Below, piece by piece: positions 1 through 8,911 of a stretch of DNA of 37,086 nt; within the stretch, counting starts at the first letter, position 1; each line of letters starts with the position of its first letter. Source of the stretch: Fidelibacterota bacterium (GTDB taxonomy: Bacteria; Fidelibacterota; Marinisomatia; Marinisomatales; AB-629-J13); contig DASCRE010000140.1 in the NCBI GenBank assembly GCA_034408645.1, forward strand, positions 1 to 37,086, given 5' to 3'. Made by a program: the position numbers and the translations under genes. Under the pieces are notes generated by a model. The model saw only the letters and a program-made list of their open reading frames with translations, was not told the DNA's origin and ran no database searches.

Positions 1-54
1 TGGAAAGCGTGTTTACATTAACGTGTAACGAGGGTTCGAATCCCTCCCTCTCCG
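1..54 (+). tRNA. tRNA-Ser(GGA), 3' portion only (5' half lies left of the window)
   Basis: The window opens inside an anticodon loop T-GGA-AA (GGA at 2-4). The anticodon-stem 3' strand is GCGTG (7-11). A long variable arm has a TTACA/TGTAA stem (13-17 / 24-28), typical of class II tRNAs. The T arm is GAGGG-TTCGAAT-CCCTC (30-46). The acceptor 3' strand is CCTCTCC (47-53) with discriminator G54, as in bacterial tRNA-Ser. CCA is not encoded (CAA follows). Confidence 0.65.
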
Positions 55-71
55 CAACTGTTTCGTGGGAA

Positions 72-96
72 AGCTCTTCTGATGAGGGGCTTTTTT
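72..96 (+). terminator. Rho-independent terminator downstream of the tRNA
   Basis: Stem AGCTCTTC (72-79) pairs with GAGGGGCT (84-91): 8 bp including two G-U pairs, with loop TGAT. It runs straight into a T6 tract (91-96). Confidence 0.6.
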
Positions 97-288
97 GTTA
101 GCGTAATTGTGGTGAATGTACATTGGAGTGGTCAAGTGAAGATAAATTCTGCAGTGAATGCGGAGCTCAGGAAGGAACTTGTGAGTGCTGGTGAGTTTGT
201 GCAGACCAAGAAGATGGTGCTCCTCAAATAGGCAATTTTGGGCTAATATACCCTCTATACATCCCTTTTTCTTGAAATTTGTGTCAAT

Positions 289-343
289 CCCCACCTTTTT
301 CTAAAAAAGTGGGGAAGGGGTTAAAGGGAAGTATTACACTTCC
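289..343 (-). terminator. Two tandem hairpins just 3' of dus (possible terminator)
   Basis: Hairpin 1 is GGAAGT (327-332) / ACTTCC (338-343), 10 nt past the dus stop. Hairpin 2 is CCCCAC..GTGGGG (289-294 / 309-314), extended by T5/A5 pairing. Neither is followed by a clean U-tract on the minus strand, so confidence is low. Confidence 0.3.
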
Positions 344-352
344 AAATTATTA

Positions 353-1324
353 TTAAGCCAAAATATTCAGTCTTTTAAACATTCCATCAGAATCACTACT
401 TGTAACCAGTTCCTTCCGGATTTTACCAGCACTTTCAAAGCCCTTGATGTACCATCCAAAATGTTTCCGCATGAGATTGGTACCAGTGTGATTCCCCTTG
501 GTCTGGATAAGCAATTCCAGGTGACGACGGCAGGTTGATATTTTTTCATCTACGGTGGGACTGTTCGGAAGAGGAGAACCATTCAAATGTGCGATGGTTT
601 CTTTAAAAAACCATGGATTACCCAGGGCTGCTCTTGCTACCATTACAGCATCGCATCCGGTTTCGGAAAACATTATTAATACATCCTTTGAAGATTTGAT
701 ATCACCATTGCCAATTACAGGGATGGATACGGCATTTTTTAATTCTTTTATAAGCTCCCACTTGGCTTTCCCTTTATAACCCTGTTTTGTTGTTCGTGGG
801 TGTAGGGCAATTGCTTTTACACCCAGTTTTTCCAGACGTGGACCAGCCTCTGTAGAAACAATACTGTGACTGCTCCAACCAGACCGCATTTTCACTGTTA
901 TAGGTAGTTCAGGTACAGACTCTACAACAGCAGCGGTAATATCGTCCATGAGACATAAATCTTTTAATGCAGCAGACCCAGCGCCTTTTTTAGTTACTTT
1001 GGGTACTGGGCAACCGTAATTGATATCAATGATATTTGGGTTAAATCTGTCTGCTACCATCCGTGCAGCCTTTGCCATGACCTCTGGTGAATCACCAAAT
1101 ATTTGAACACCAATAGGTCGTTCTTCCTCGGTAAACCGTATCATATCCAAAGTTTTTTCATTTTCTCGAATAATACCGTGTGCAGAGACAAACTCAGAAT
1201 ACACTACCCCAGCTCCCATCTCCTTGCACAGGATTCGGAAAGAATGATCCGTTACTCCTGCCATAGGTGCCAGAAAAACTGGAACATCAATGGTGATATC
1301 CCCAATCTTTAAAGGGTTAATCAT
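353..1324 (-). CDS. dusB: tRNA-dihydrouridine synthase (Dus/NifR3 family)
   Basis: 323-aa ORF. It carries the N-terminal Dus signature VFLAPMAGVTDHSFR, the FMN TIM-barrel pattern with INYGCPVPKV (catalytic Cys region), and GNGDI. The length matches DusB-type enzymes. Confidence 0.85.
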   Translation of the reverse strand: MINPLKIGDITIDVPVFLAPMAGVTDHSFRILCKEMGAGVVYSEFVSAHGIIRENEKTLDMIRFTEEERPIGVQIFGDSPEVMAKAARMVADRFNPNIIDINYGCPVPKVTKKGAGSAALKDLCLMDDITAAVVESVPELPITVKMRSGWSSHSIVSTEAGPRLEKLGVKAIALHPRTTKQGYKGKAKWELIKELKNAVSIPVIGNGDIKSSKDVLIMFSETGCDAVMVARAALGNPWFFKETIAHLNGSPLPNSPTVDEKISTCRRHLELLIQTKGNHTGTNLMRKHFGWYIKGFESAGKIRKELVTSSDSDGMFKRLNILA

Positions 1325-1800
1325 TCAGACCAGTCTTTTTCATAAAACAGGTAGTGTGAGTTTTTTACTCCTAATCGCTCATAAACCTTTTGTGCAGATT
1401 TATTTTTTGAATCAACATAGAGCCGAAGTCCTACGACACCCATTTTCTTAGCTCTTGCGACTACATGTTTATGTAGGGAGTTGTATACACCTTTTTCTCG
1501 ATGTGTCTTGTGTACAAAAACAGATTGAATCCACCAGAAATATCCATTTCTCCAATCGGACCATTCTCTTGTTATCATAAGTTGTCCGGCATTATGTCTG
1601 TCAATTTCAGCAAGGTAATACCATCCTAGATTAGGGTTGTGCAAAACCTCTTCAACACCGTGACTTATGGTTGATTTGTCTAGTGTTTTATTTTCTGTTT
1701 CCTGAGCCATTTCTACATTGTTCGCAATAATAATATCTAGGTCGGTAATATCCGCTTTCCGTACCTCAATTATATTAATTAAACTTTCCATTTTATTCAT
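1321..1800 (-). CDS. GNAT family N-acetyltransferase
   Basis: 159-aa ORF with a GNAT motif-A-like segment (IQSVFVHKTHREKGVYNSLHKHVVARAKKMG) and the C-terminal AQKVYERLG. It overlaps the dus start by 4 nt. The substrate is unknown. Confidence 0.75.
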   Translation of the reverse strand: MNKMESLINIIEVRKADITDLDIIIANNVEMAQETENKTLDKSTISHGVEEVLHNPNLGWYYLAEIDRHNAGQLMITREWSDWRNGYFWWIQSVFVHKTHREKGVYNSLHKHVVARAKKMGVVGLRLYVDSKNKSAQKVYERLGVKNSHYLFYEKDWSE

Positions 1801-1856
1801 GATTTTATTAAACTAAATTTGGCGTCAAAATTTATGCAATATGATAGGAATTTATT

Positions 1857-2093
1857 ATGAGTAGAGTGTGTGATGTAACCGGTAAAAAACCAATGTTTGG
1901 AAATAATGTGAGCCATGCCCACAATAAAACACGGCGCAGGTTCAATGTCAATTTACAGAAAAAAAAGTTCTGGCTTCCTGATGAGAAGCGTTACATTACT
2001 CTGAATGTTTCAACCAGAGGGATGAGAATTATTGATAAGAGAGGCATTCGAAAAGTAGTAAATGAACTGAGAGCACAGGGACGGAAAATATAG
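1857..2093 (+). CDS. rpmB: 50S ribosomal protein L28
   Basis: 78-aa ORF beginning [29 protein letters not shown], the canonical L28 N-terminus. Confidence 0.93.
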   Translation: MSRVCDVTGKKPMFGNNVSHAHNKTRRRFNVNLQKKKFWLPDEKRYITLNVSTRGMRIIDKRGIRKVVNELRAQGRKI

Positions 2094-2178
2094 TTCTACC
2101 TTTTACAATATTATTTATTAGAAACACTTCCTTTTTATATCCAGTGTAGCAAAACTGGACTCTATCACTTTCTTCAGC

Positions 2179-3414
2179 CTATTGTTGTTGTCTCCTTATG
2201 AAGGCTGGAACTTCAAGGTCAGTTATTTCTTTATGGATTTTCTCGATATGTTTAAATTCATCATCACTGATTTTGGTTGATGTATCACCAAAATGAAATT
2301 TCACTTTTTCAGGTGAACCTAATTCATTGTTTCCGTTCTTAGGCGTTCCTTTTTGCAGAATTAATGGTTCATTCTTATCTTCCATTAATTCACTGGAACG
2401 TTTGGTTGGAAAATCTGGATATTTTTTATTATCATCAATTATTTTCACTTGATGGATTTGATTAAAACCCGTTGCAATCACTGTAACCTGAATTTCACCA
2501 TTCATATTAGGATCAAGAACAGCACCGAATATGATGTTAGCGTCTTTTCCAGCTTCCTCAAAGATGATACTGGTTGCTTCATCTACTTCATGTAATGTCA
2601 TATTTTCATCCCCAGTGATGTTCACCAGTACACCTTGAGCACCGCTGATGGTTCCACTGTCTAACAGTGGGCTTGAAATTGCCTGTTGGGCAGCTAGAAC
2701 TGCTCGTTCCTCACCAGAGGCACACCCGGTCCCCATAATTGCTTGTCCCATATTTTTCATAACGGTTTCTACATCTGCGAAGTCCAGATTTATCATCCCA
2801 TGGACATTAATGAGGTCCGAAATTCCCTTTGTCGCTTGATGAAGGATAGAATCAGCCAATAGAAAAGAATCAGATAGGGTTGTGTCTTTATCAACAATAG
2901 ACATTAGCTTCTGATTGGGGATGATAATAACTGTATCACATACCTTCTTCATTTCAGAAATCCCTTCCATTGCCCGTTCTAGTCGTCGGGGACCTTCAAA
3001 TTTGAAAGGGAGTGTTACTATACCTACAGTTAGTATTCCCAATTCGTTAGCAATTTGCGCGATAACTGGAGCAGCACCGGTTCCAGTACCTCCGCCCATT
3101 CCGCAGGTGATGAATACCATATCTGAACTTTCCATCACGTTTTGGACAGCTTCTTTATCTGTTGTCATTGCTTCAGCCCCAATAGAAGACTTTGCTCCAG
3201 CTCCTAAACCTTTGGTCAGGGTCTTACCGATCTGAATACGATGTTCAGCAGAATTATTTTCCAAATCCTGTGCATCGGTATTGATAGCAATGAAATCTAC
3301 ACCGCTCATATCTGCCCCGATCATCCGATTGATGGCATTTCCGCCTGCACCACCGACACCTATGACTTTTAATTTCGCTTTTTGTTCCATTTTTGGGTCA
3401 AATTCAAATAGCAT
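2179..3414 (-). CDS. ftsZ: Cell division GTPase FtsZ
   Basis: Carries the tubulin signature GMGGGTGTGAAPVIA, the N-terminal VIGVGGAGGNAINRM, and the conserved C-terminal peptide DLEVPAFIRRQ. It is the last gene of the dcw cluster. Confidence 0.97.
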   Translation of the reverse strand: MLFEFDPKMEQKAKLKVIGVGGAGGNAINRMIGADMSGVDFIAINTDAQDLENNSAEHRIQIGKTLTKGLGAGAKSSIGAEAMTTDKEAVQNVMESSDMVFITCGMGGGTGTGAAPVIAQIANELGILTVGIVTLPFKFEGPRRLERAMEGISEMKKVCDTVIIIPNQKLMSIVDKDTTLSDSFLLADSILHQATKGISDLINVHGMINLDFADVETVMKNMGQAIMGTGCASGEERAVLAAQQAISSPLLDSGTISGAQGVLVNITGDENMTLHEVDEATSIIFEEAGKDANIIFGAVLDPNMNGEIQVTVIATGFNQIHQVKIIDDNKKYPDFPTKRSSELMEDKNEPLILQKGTPKNGNNELGSPEKVKFHFGDTSTKISDDEFKHIEKIHKEITDLEVPAFIRRQQQ

Positions 3415-3464
3415 TATTTTCTCCTTGTTGGTATGTTTTTAAAATTGTTATTTATTAAATATTA

Positions 3465-4760
3465 TTAAAAGAAACCTTTACTCCAGTTTGATATTCCTTC
3501 AACCCATTCCTTCATTTTACCTCCGAGTGATCCGGAACTACCATTCAATAAAACCCTCTCATTTTGAATAAATTCTTTCCAATTTAGTAATCCCATTGAT
3601 GCTGCATATTTTGGTTCTGATCCCAGCTCGATTACATTTCCACAATTAGAAGGGATTCCAATTCTTGTCTTTATATTCAATTCATTTTCCGATAATTTTG
3701 CCAAATGGTTTAATTGAGACCCACCTCCTGTAAGCACAATTCCATATGTTAAAGGACCACCCATATCTGCTCTGGATATCTCTTTGGCAATATATTGAAG
3801 AATTTCTCCTGCCCGTGCTTCAATATAACGGGATAATTCGTGTTCTGAAATTGACCTTTTCAGTTGACCATTTTCTGAAGGGAGTTCAAATTCAAGTTCA
3901 GCACTGGCCATGGATGCAATTGCAGACCCATATTTAATTTTTATTTTTTCTGCTTCTGCGGTACTTATCTGTAGCATCATTGCTATATCATGAGTTATAC
4001 TGTTACCACCTATTGGAATGACGGCACTGTGTCTTACTCCACCATTTTGAAAAACAACAAGGTCGGATGTATCCGCGCCAATATCGATTACTGCTACACC
4101 CATTTCTTTTTCATCATTGGTTATAACACTTAATGCAGAAGCCAATCCCTGATAAATTATTTCATCAACTGAAATCCCTGATTCTTCTACACAATCCTTT
4201 ATATTTGTAATCGAGGAAATTGCCACCGTTATAAGATGTACTCGGGCCTCCAATCTCCGTCCAGTCATCCCAATTGGATTGATAACTCCTTCCATTGTAT
4301 CAATGATATATTCCTGTGGTATCACATGTAAGATGTTACGGTCAATAGGGAATGAAACAGCCCCTGCCATATCCAGGACTTTATGAATATCTTTAGGTTG
4401 GATTGGTTGCGCATTAGGCATATGGCCATGTCCATTTGTATGGATTGCAATGGCTCCCTGTGTATTCAATCCCCTAATATGATTTCCGGAAATTGTGATA
4501 TTCGCCCGATCTATTTTCATATGTGCCATTGATTCTGCATCCCGTACTGCGGACTCAATTTCTTCAATTACTTGATCACGATTCACAATTGATCCTTTTT
4601 TCATCCCTGTGGATGGGCTCTCACCTATTCCCAGTAATATAATTTTACCTGTGTCATAATTTATTTTACCGATGGAACAGCAACATTTAGCCGATCCAAT
4701 GTCTATGCCTGCAAGCGTTGTATAATTCTGGATGAGGGTTCCTTTTTTAATCATATCCAT
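3465..4760 (-). CDS. ftsA: Cell division protein FtsA
   Basis: Actin-fold ATPase motifs GIDIGSAK, VIDIGADTSD and VLTGGGSQL are present. The C-terminal tail is amphipathic (NWSKGFF). It lies between ftsQ and ftsZ. Confidence 0.93.
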   Translation of the reverse strand: MDMIKKGTLIQNYTTLAGIDIGSAKCCCSIGKINYDTGKIILLGIGESPSTGMKKGSIVNRDQVIEEIESAVRDAESMAHMKIDRANITISGNHIRGLNTQGAIAIHTNGHGHMPNAQPIQPKDIHKVLDMAGAVSFPIDRNILHVIPQEYIIDTMEGVINPIGMTGRRLEARVHLITVAISSITNIKDCVEESGISVDEIIYQGLASALSVITNDEKEMGVAVIDIGADTSDLVVFQNGGVRHSAVIPIGGNSITHDIAMMLQISTAEAEKIKIKYGSAIASMASAELEFELPSENGQLKRSISEHELSRYIEARAGEILQYIAKEISRADMGGPLTYGIVLTGGGSQLNHLAKLSENELNIKTRIGIPSNCGNVIELGSEPKYAASMGLLNWKEFIQNERVLLNGSSGSLGGKMKEWVEGISNWSKGFF

Positions 4761-5512
4761 TCCTGTGCAACAAGTTGGCTATCATAGCGGAGGTCAAGTT
4801 TTTTATAATCGGTAATGCTTTTATTAAGTAATTGAAGCTGATTTTCAAATTTCAATAATACATTTAATTTTTTTATGTGCTGGTTTTTCCCTAGTACCAC
4901 TTTGGTAGGTTGTTCGAGTAAAATAATTTCAAAATCTTCATAATTGTTCAATCGTAATTCAGAAATATTCTCAAATAATCTAGTATGATTATCGGCCAAA
5001 AAATGAAGAATTTGTTTTGCTTTTGCCATTGACTTTGATTGGGTTTTATTTATTTCAGGATAAGAATTGTCAGATGCAACAAAATGAGATAGGACGGGAA
5101 GGGTATAGTCAGTGAATGAACCTCTCAATGGAAATAAGACTCCATGTCTATCCAAAAGCATTGGGGGCGAAGCATTAACCATTGCAATAGGTTGTCGTTC
5201 TATTATTTCTATCAATAAACCCCTTGGAAACAATCGACTTACCCTTGCTGAACTTACATGAGAGTGTTTTTCTATTATGGTGGATATTTTTCTAACATCG
5301 GTAGAAAAAGTAGATATACCTGTGAAAGAATCAACTAACTTGTGGTATTCTTCAACAGGGATAAGTTTACTACCTGTAAATTTTATGCTGGAAATATTTA
5401 CATTCTGTGAAAAAGATGACCATTTGAATGAACACCTTATCAAAAGGATTAGCAGTACGCTTACAATTGAGGAAATAATTATTGATGAAACATTATTATT
5501 TTTAATTTTCAT
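4751..5512 (-). CDS. ftsQ: Cell division protein FtsQ (POTRA domain protein)
   Basis: 253 aa with a single N-terminal TM helix (IIISSIVSVLLILLI) followed by a periplasmic domain. The call rests on this architecture and its position between murB and ftsA. Confidence 0.75.
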   Translation of the reverse strand: MKIKNNNVSSIIISSIVSVLLILLIRCSFKWSSFSQNVNISSIKFTGSKLIPVEEYHKLVDSFTGISTFSTDVRKISTIIEKHSHVSSARVSRLFPRGLLIEIIERQPIAMVNASPPMLLDRHGVLFPLRGSFTDYTLPVLSHFVASDNSYPEINKTQSKSMAKAKQILHFLADNHTRLFENISELRLNNYEDFEIILLEQPTKVVLGKNQHIKKLNVLLKFENQLQLLNKSITDYKKLDLRYDSQLVAQEWI

Positions 5513-6429
5513 GCCTCAAATGTTCCTTTTGGGAACCCAAGTGTTTTGATTTCTAAATCTAGATGAATCCCAAATAATTTCGATACCTTTTTTCGGGTAA
5601 GACGAATAAGTGATACTAAGTCATCACTGGTTGCGTCACCATTATTGACAAAGAAATTTGCGTGTATTGATGATATTTCTGCACCACCTTTAACTGTCCC
5701 TTTTAATCCGGCTTGATCAATAAGATAACCGGCTGCTGTATTTTCTGGATTTTTAAAAATACTTCCTGCAGATCTAACACGCAAAGGTTGTGACGATTTT
5801 CTCCCCTGACTTGCCTTCTGTCTTTTTTTCTCGATATTGATTGGGTCATCCTTTTTTAAAATGAATGAAGCGCCTATAATAATCTCATTCTTTGAGAAAC
5901 TGGAAGAACGATATTGAAAACGTATATTCTTTGATGAGTATTGTTTTTTAGTTCCATTCATTTTAATGACATCAACGTACTGGAGGCACCTAGAGATTTC
6001 TCTACCAAACGCCCCCGCATTCATCACTAGAGCACCACCAAGAGTTCCCGGTATACCAATCAGACTTTCCAATCCTGTAAGGTTATTACTGATGGATAAT
6101 TTTACAAGTTTTCCCAACATGGCTCCGCTTTCTACATAAATCATCGTCTCAGATAAAAACGTGATTTTCCTCATTGATTTTTCTAACGAAACAACTATTC
6201 CTTCTATTCCAGAATCGGAAACAAGGAGATTAGACCCTGATCCTACAAAATTAACTGGTATGTTCTTCCTCTTGGCAAATAATAAAATATTTATTAATTC
6301 CTTTTTATTCTTTGGTTTGATATAGAAGGGAACAGGCCCACCAATGCCATAAGTTGTATGTTTTGACATGAGCTCGTTAATGAGGCAGATTCCACTTATC
6401 ATATTCGTTATTTCTTTCTCATACTCCAT
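5509..6429 (-). CDS. murB: UDP-N-acetylenolpyruvoylglucosamine reductase
   Basis: 306 aa with an FAD-binding N-terminal region (YGIGGPVPFYIKP, VGSGSNLLVSD) and the C-terminal AGSIFKNP motif. Confidence 0.92.
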   Translation of the reverse strand: MEYEKEITNMISGICLINELMSKHTTYGIGGPVPFYIKPKNKKELINILLFAKRKNIPVNFVGSGSNLLVSDSGIEGIVVSLEKSMRKITFLSETMIYVESGAMLGKLVKLSISNNLTGLESLIGIPGTLGGALVMNAGAFGREISRCLQYVDVIKMNGTKKQYSSKNIRFQYRSSSFSKNEIIIGASFILKKDDPINIEKKRQKASQGRKSSQPLRVRSAGSIFKNPENTAAGYLIDQAGLKGTVKGGAEISSIHANFFVNNGDATSDDLVSLIRLTRKKVSKLFGIHLDLEIKTLGFPKGTFEA

Positions 6430-7814
6430 TATAGATATGATTTAGTGGTCAAATGTTTAAAGTATTCTTGGCAAAACCGCCAAATATTTCCTGCACCGAT
6501 TGTGATAACCATATCACCCGGCTTCACAAGCTTATCTAAGGAATTTATTATGTGTTCCCATTCTTTGATATACAATGATTTTGGATGATTATTTTTTTGA
6601 GCTGCATAGACAATCAATTCGCCTGATACTCCATCAATCGGTTCTTCTCTTGAGGGAAATATGTTGGTTACGATTAAGACATCCGCTATCAAAAATGCGT
6701 CAGCAAAGTCTTGATAGAAATCCCGTGTTCTTGTAAAAAGATGAGGTTGAAACACTGCAATAATTCTTCGGTTCCAACCATCTTTTGCCGCATCTAATGT
6801 TACCCGTACTTCTGTTGGATGATGTGCATAATCATCTACAACCATCACATCATGGCATATGCCTTTTATTTCAAATCGTCTCTTTACACCTGAATAAGAT
6901 TGAATTCCCCGTGATATAGCTGAAAACGGAATACCCAACTCCAATCCTAGAGTAACGGAAGCTAAAGAATTAGTAACGTTGTGCTTTCCTGGGACATCAA
7001 TAGAAATTTCACCTAATAAATTTTCATCCTTGGTTACTTGAAATGTGCTCTCACTTCCTGTGTGACTGATATTTTGAGCTGAGACTTGCGAATCAGAAGA
7101 CAACCCATATGTTAAGATGGATCTTCGAATATCTGGCATTATTTCTACTAATGCAGGGGAGTCAGAGCATACAATGACTGCACCATAAAATGGGACTGAG
7201 TTACAAAAAGTAAGGAAAGCATCCTGTAATTCTGTTAGACTTTGGTAACAATCAGTATGTTCTAACTCAATATTTGTTACAACACTGATTGTAGGTCGTA
7301 ACGCAAGAAAACTGCGGTCAAATTCATCAGCTTCAACTATGATTATCTCTCCTCTTCCAAGCATTGAACCTGACTCAATATTCTTTACATGCCCTCCAAC
7401 TACTAAGGTAGGTTCCAATTTTCCTTCTGTTAAAACGGAACCAATTATAGATGTGGTGGATGTTTTCCCGTGAGTTCCTCCAACGGCAATACTTGTGGAT
7501 TTTACCGCGATTAATTCTCCAAGCATTTCAGCACGTTTAATTACTGGAACTCCAAATTCCTGGGCAGCCACAATTTCCGGGTTATCATCATGGACTGCAC
7601 TTGAGTATACCAGTACATCACTATTTGTTACATTCTCCCTCTTGTGACCATAGTGAACTATTGCTCCTTTGTCTATGAGGGACATTATTATAGATGATTC
7701 ACGCAAATCTGACCCACTTACTTTAAATCCTAGATTTAGAAGTAAGTCTGCAATTCCACTCATCCCTATACCTCCAATTCCTACAAAATGTACATGGTTT
7801 ACTTTTCGGAACAT
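6429..7814 (-). CDS. murC: UDP-N-acetylmuramate--L-alanine ligase
   Basis: N-terminal HFVGIGGIGMSGIA and the Mur-ligase P-loop GGTHGKTSTTS. 461 aa, flanked by murG and murB. Confidence 0.95.
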   Translation of the reverse strand: MFRKVNHVHFVGIGGIGMSGIADLLLNLGFKVSGSDLRESSIIMSLIDKGAIVHYGHKRENVTNSDVLVYSSAVHDDNPEIVAAQEFGVPVIKRAEMLGELIAVKSTSIAVGGTHGKTSTTSIIGSVLTEGKLEPTLVVGGHVKNIESGSMLGRGEIIIVEADEFDRSFLALRPTISVVTNIELEHTDCYQSLTELQDAFLTFCNSVPFYGAVIVCSDSPALVEIMPDIRRSILTYGLSSDSQVSAQNISHTGSESTFQVTKDENLLGEISIDVPGKHNVTNSLASVTLGLELGIPFSAISRGIQSYSGVKRRFEIKGICHDVMVVDDYAHHPTEVRVTLDAAKDGWNRRIIAVFQPHLFTRTRDFYQDFADAFLIADVLIVTNIFPSREEPIDGVSGELIVYAAQKNNHPKSLYIKEWEHIINSLDKLVKPGDMVITIGAGNIWRFCQEYFKHLTTKSYL

Positions 7815-8911
7815 CAGGCTGTTGCTATTTCGATAATTTTGTTGGTAATTAATTCTTTGGCATTTGGTTTACTCATAGATTTTGCCTTGTTACCCATTTC
7901 TTTCAATGTGATTTTATCGTTTACTAATTTTATGACGGTTTTCAAACATGTTGTTAAATCCAGTTTTTTTTCGCTCAATAAAACAGCTGCTTTTTGGTCA
8001 GATAACACTTTAGCATTATTGTATTGGTGGTTTTCTGAAGCGCCAGAGAAAGGTATCAAAATGCTTGCTTTCCCTACTGCCATAATTTCGGATACAGCCA
8101 ATGCCCCTGATCGTGATATGATTAAGTCACAAAGTGCATAGGCATCTGCCATGGAATTAATGAATGGTATAACACGAATCGTTTCTGAATCAAAATGTTT
8201 ATATTGGTTGTAATGATTATCTCCAGTCTGCCATAAAATCTGAATCTTGTTATATTGTAACTTTTCGATGATATCTTCTAATAGATGATTTAGGAAAAGT
8301 GATCCTTGACTACCGCCGAAAACAAAAAGTGTGTTTTTATTTGGGTCCAAATTAAAAATTCTTCCGCCTTCATCCCTGTTCCCATACATTATATCCGTAC
8401 GAATTGGATTCCCAGTGAGAAAACACTCAGCTTTGAGATAGCGATGGGCTTCTTCAAATGCTGTACAGACAATTTTCGATTTGGAAGCATACAAACGAGT
8501 TGTTAGTCCGGGATAAGAATTTTGTTCTTGTAAAACGACAGGCAATTTATTTTTCAAAGCTATTTTAACTGGAATAGCGCTGGCATATCCTCCAGTTCCA
8601 ACAACAACTTGAGGCATAAAGGTATTGAAGATATCCTCTGAAATTGATGTGGATTTAAAATAATAATAGGGGAGACTCAGGTTTTTTATTATAGATTGAA
8701 AATCAAAACTTCTTTGCAACCCTTTCATAGGCAGTAAAGTATGAGGGAGCCTTTTCACGGGTAGAACTTTTGACTCGATTCCATAATTTGAACCCATGTA
8801 ATGTACAGTGGCATTTTTATATATAGATTGAATACTTTCTCCGATGGCAATTGCCGGAAAAAGGTGTCCCCCAGTGCCTCCCCCTGCAATAAGAATTCTA
8901 AGTTCATCCAT
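7814..8911 (-). CDS. murG: Undecaprenyldiphospho-muramoylpentapeptide beta-N-acetylglucosaminyltransferase
   Basis: N-terminal G-loop IAGGGTGGHLFPAIAI of the GT28 family. 365 aa, in the expected dcw position. Confidence 0.94.
   Translation of the reverse strand: MDELRILIAGGGTGGHLFPAIAIGESIQSIYKNATVHYMGSNYGIESKVLPVKRLPHTLLPMKGLQRSFDFQSIIKNLSLPYYYFKSTSISEDIFNTFMPQVVVGTGGYASAIPVKIALKNKLPVVLQEQNSYPGLTTRLYASKSKIVCTAFEEAHRYLKAECFLTGNPIRTDIMYGNRDEGGRIFNLDPNKNTLFVFGGSQGSLFLNHLLEDIIEKLQYNKIQILWQTGDNHYNQYKHFDSETIRVIPFINSMADAYALCDLIISRSGALAVSEIMAVGKASILIPFSGASENHQYNNAKVLSDQKAAVLLSEKKLDLTTCLKTVIKLVNDKITLKEMGNKAKSMSKPNAKELITNKIIEIATA

Noticed and set aside
1-54. Alternative reading of the first 54 nt as the 3' end of tmRNA (ssrA) or tRNA-Sec
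   Set aside because: tmRNA needs an Ala-type acceptor (G3:U70, discriminator A, ...CTCCACCA-like end). Here the acceptor strand CCTCTCC implies A3:U70 with discriminator G. Bacterial tRNA-Sec has an 8-bp acceptor stem, and an 8-nt strand here would leave C as discriminator. The loop also reads GGA, not TCA. tRNA-Ser fits best.
163-180. GAGCTCAGGAAGGAACTT resembles the GGAAGGAAGC core of SRP (4.5S) RNA helix 8
   Set aside because: I could not fold the flanks into the required GNRA-capped helix with symmetric and asymmetric loops. The similarity is limited to a purine run. A covariance-model search would be needed to revive this.
13-294. 93-aa minus-strand ORF from the ORF track
   Set aside because: It runs antisense through the tRNA-Ser 3' half and its terminator. 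It has a Cys/His/Arg-rich low-complexity composition and no recognisable motif or SD. It is most likely a chance ORF.
2140-2159. Hairpin TCCAGT-GTAGCAAA-ACTGGA between convergent rpmB and ftsZ
   Set aside because: The stem is only 6 bp and no U-tract follows on either strand. This is insufficient to call a terminator.
2648-3235. Antisense ORFs inside ftsZ (63 and 106 aa), and the similar antisense or overlapping ORFs listed in the track within dus, ftsA, ftsQ, murG, murD, mraY, murF, ftsI, ffh, rpsP, MFS, selB, mutS, gmk and rpoZ
   Set aside because: All lie within strongly supported conserved genes. They have biased Pro/Ser/Ile-rich compositions typical of shadow frames and lack independent start signals.
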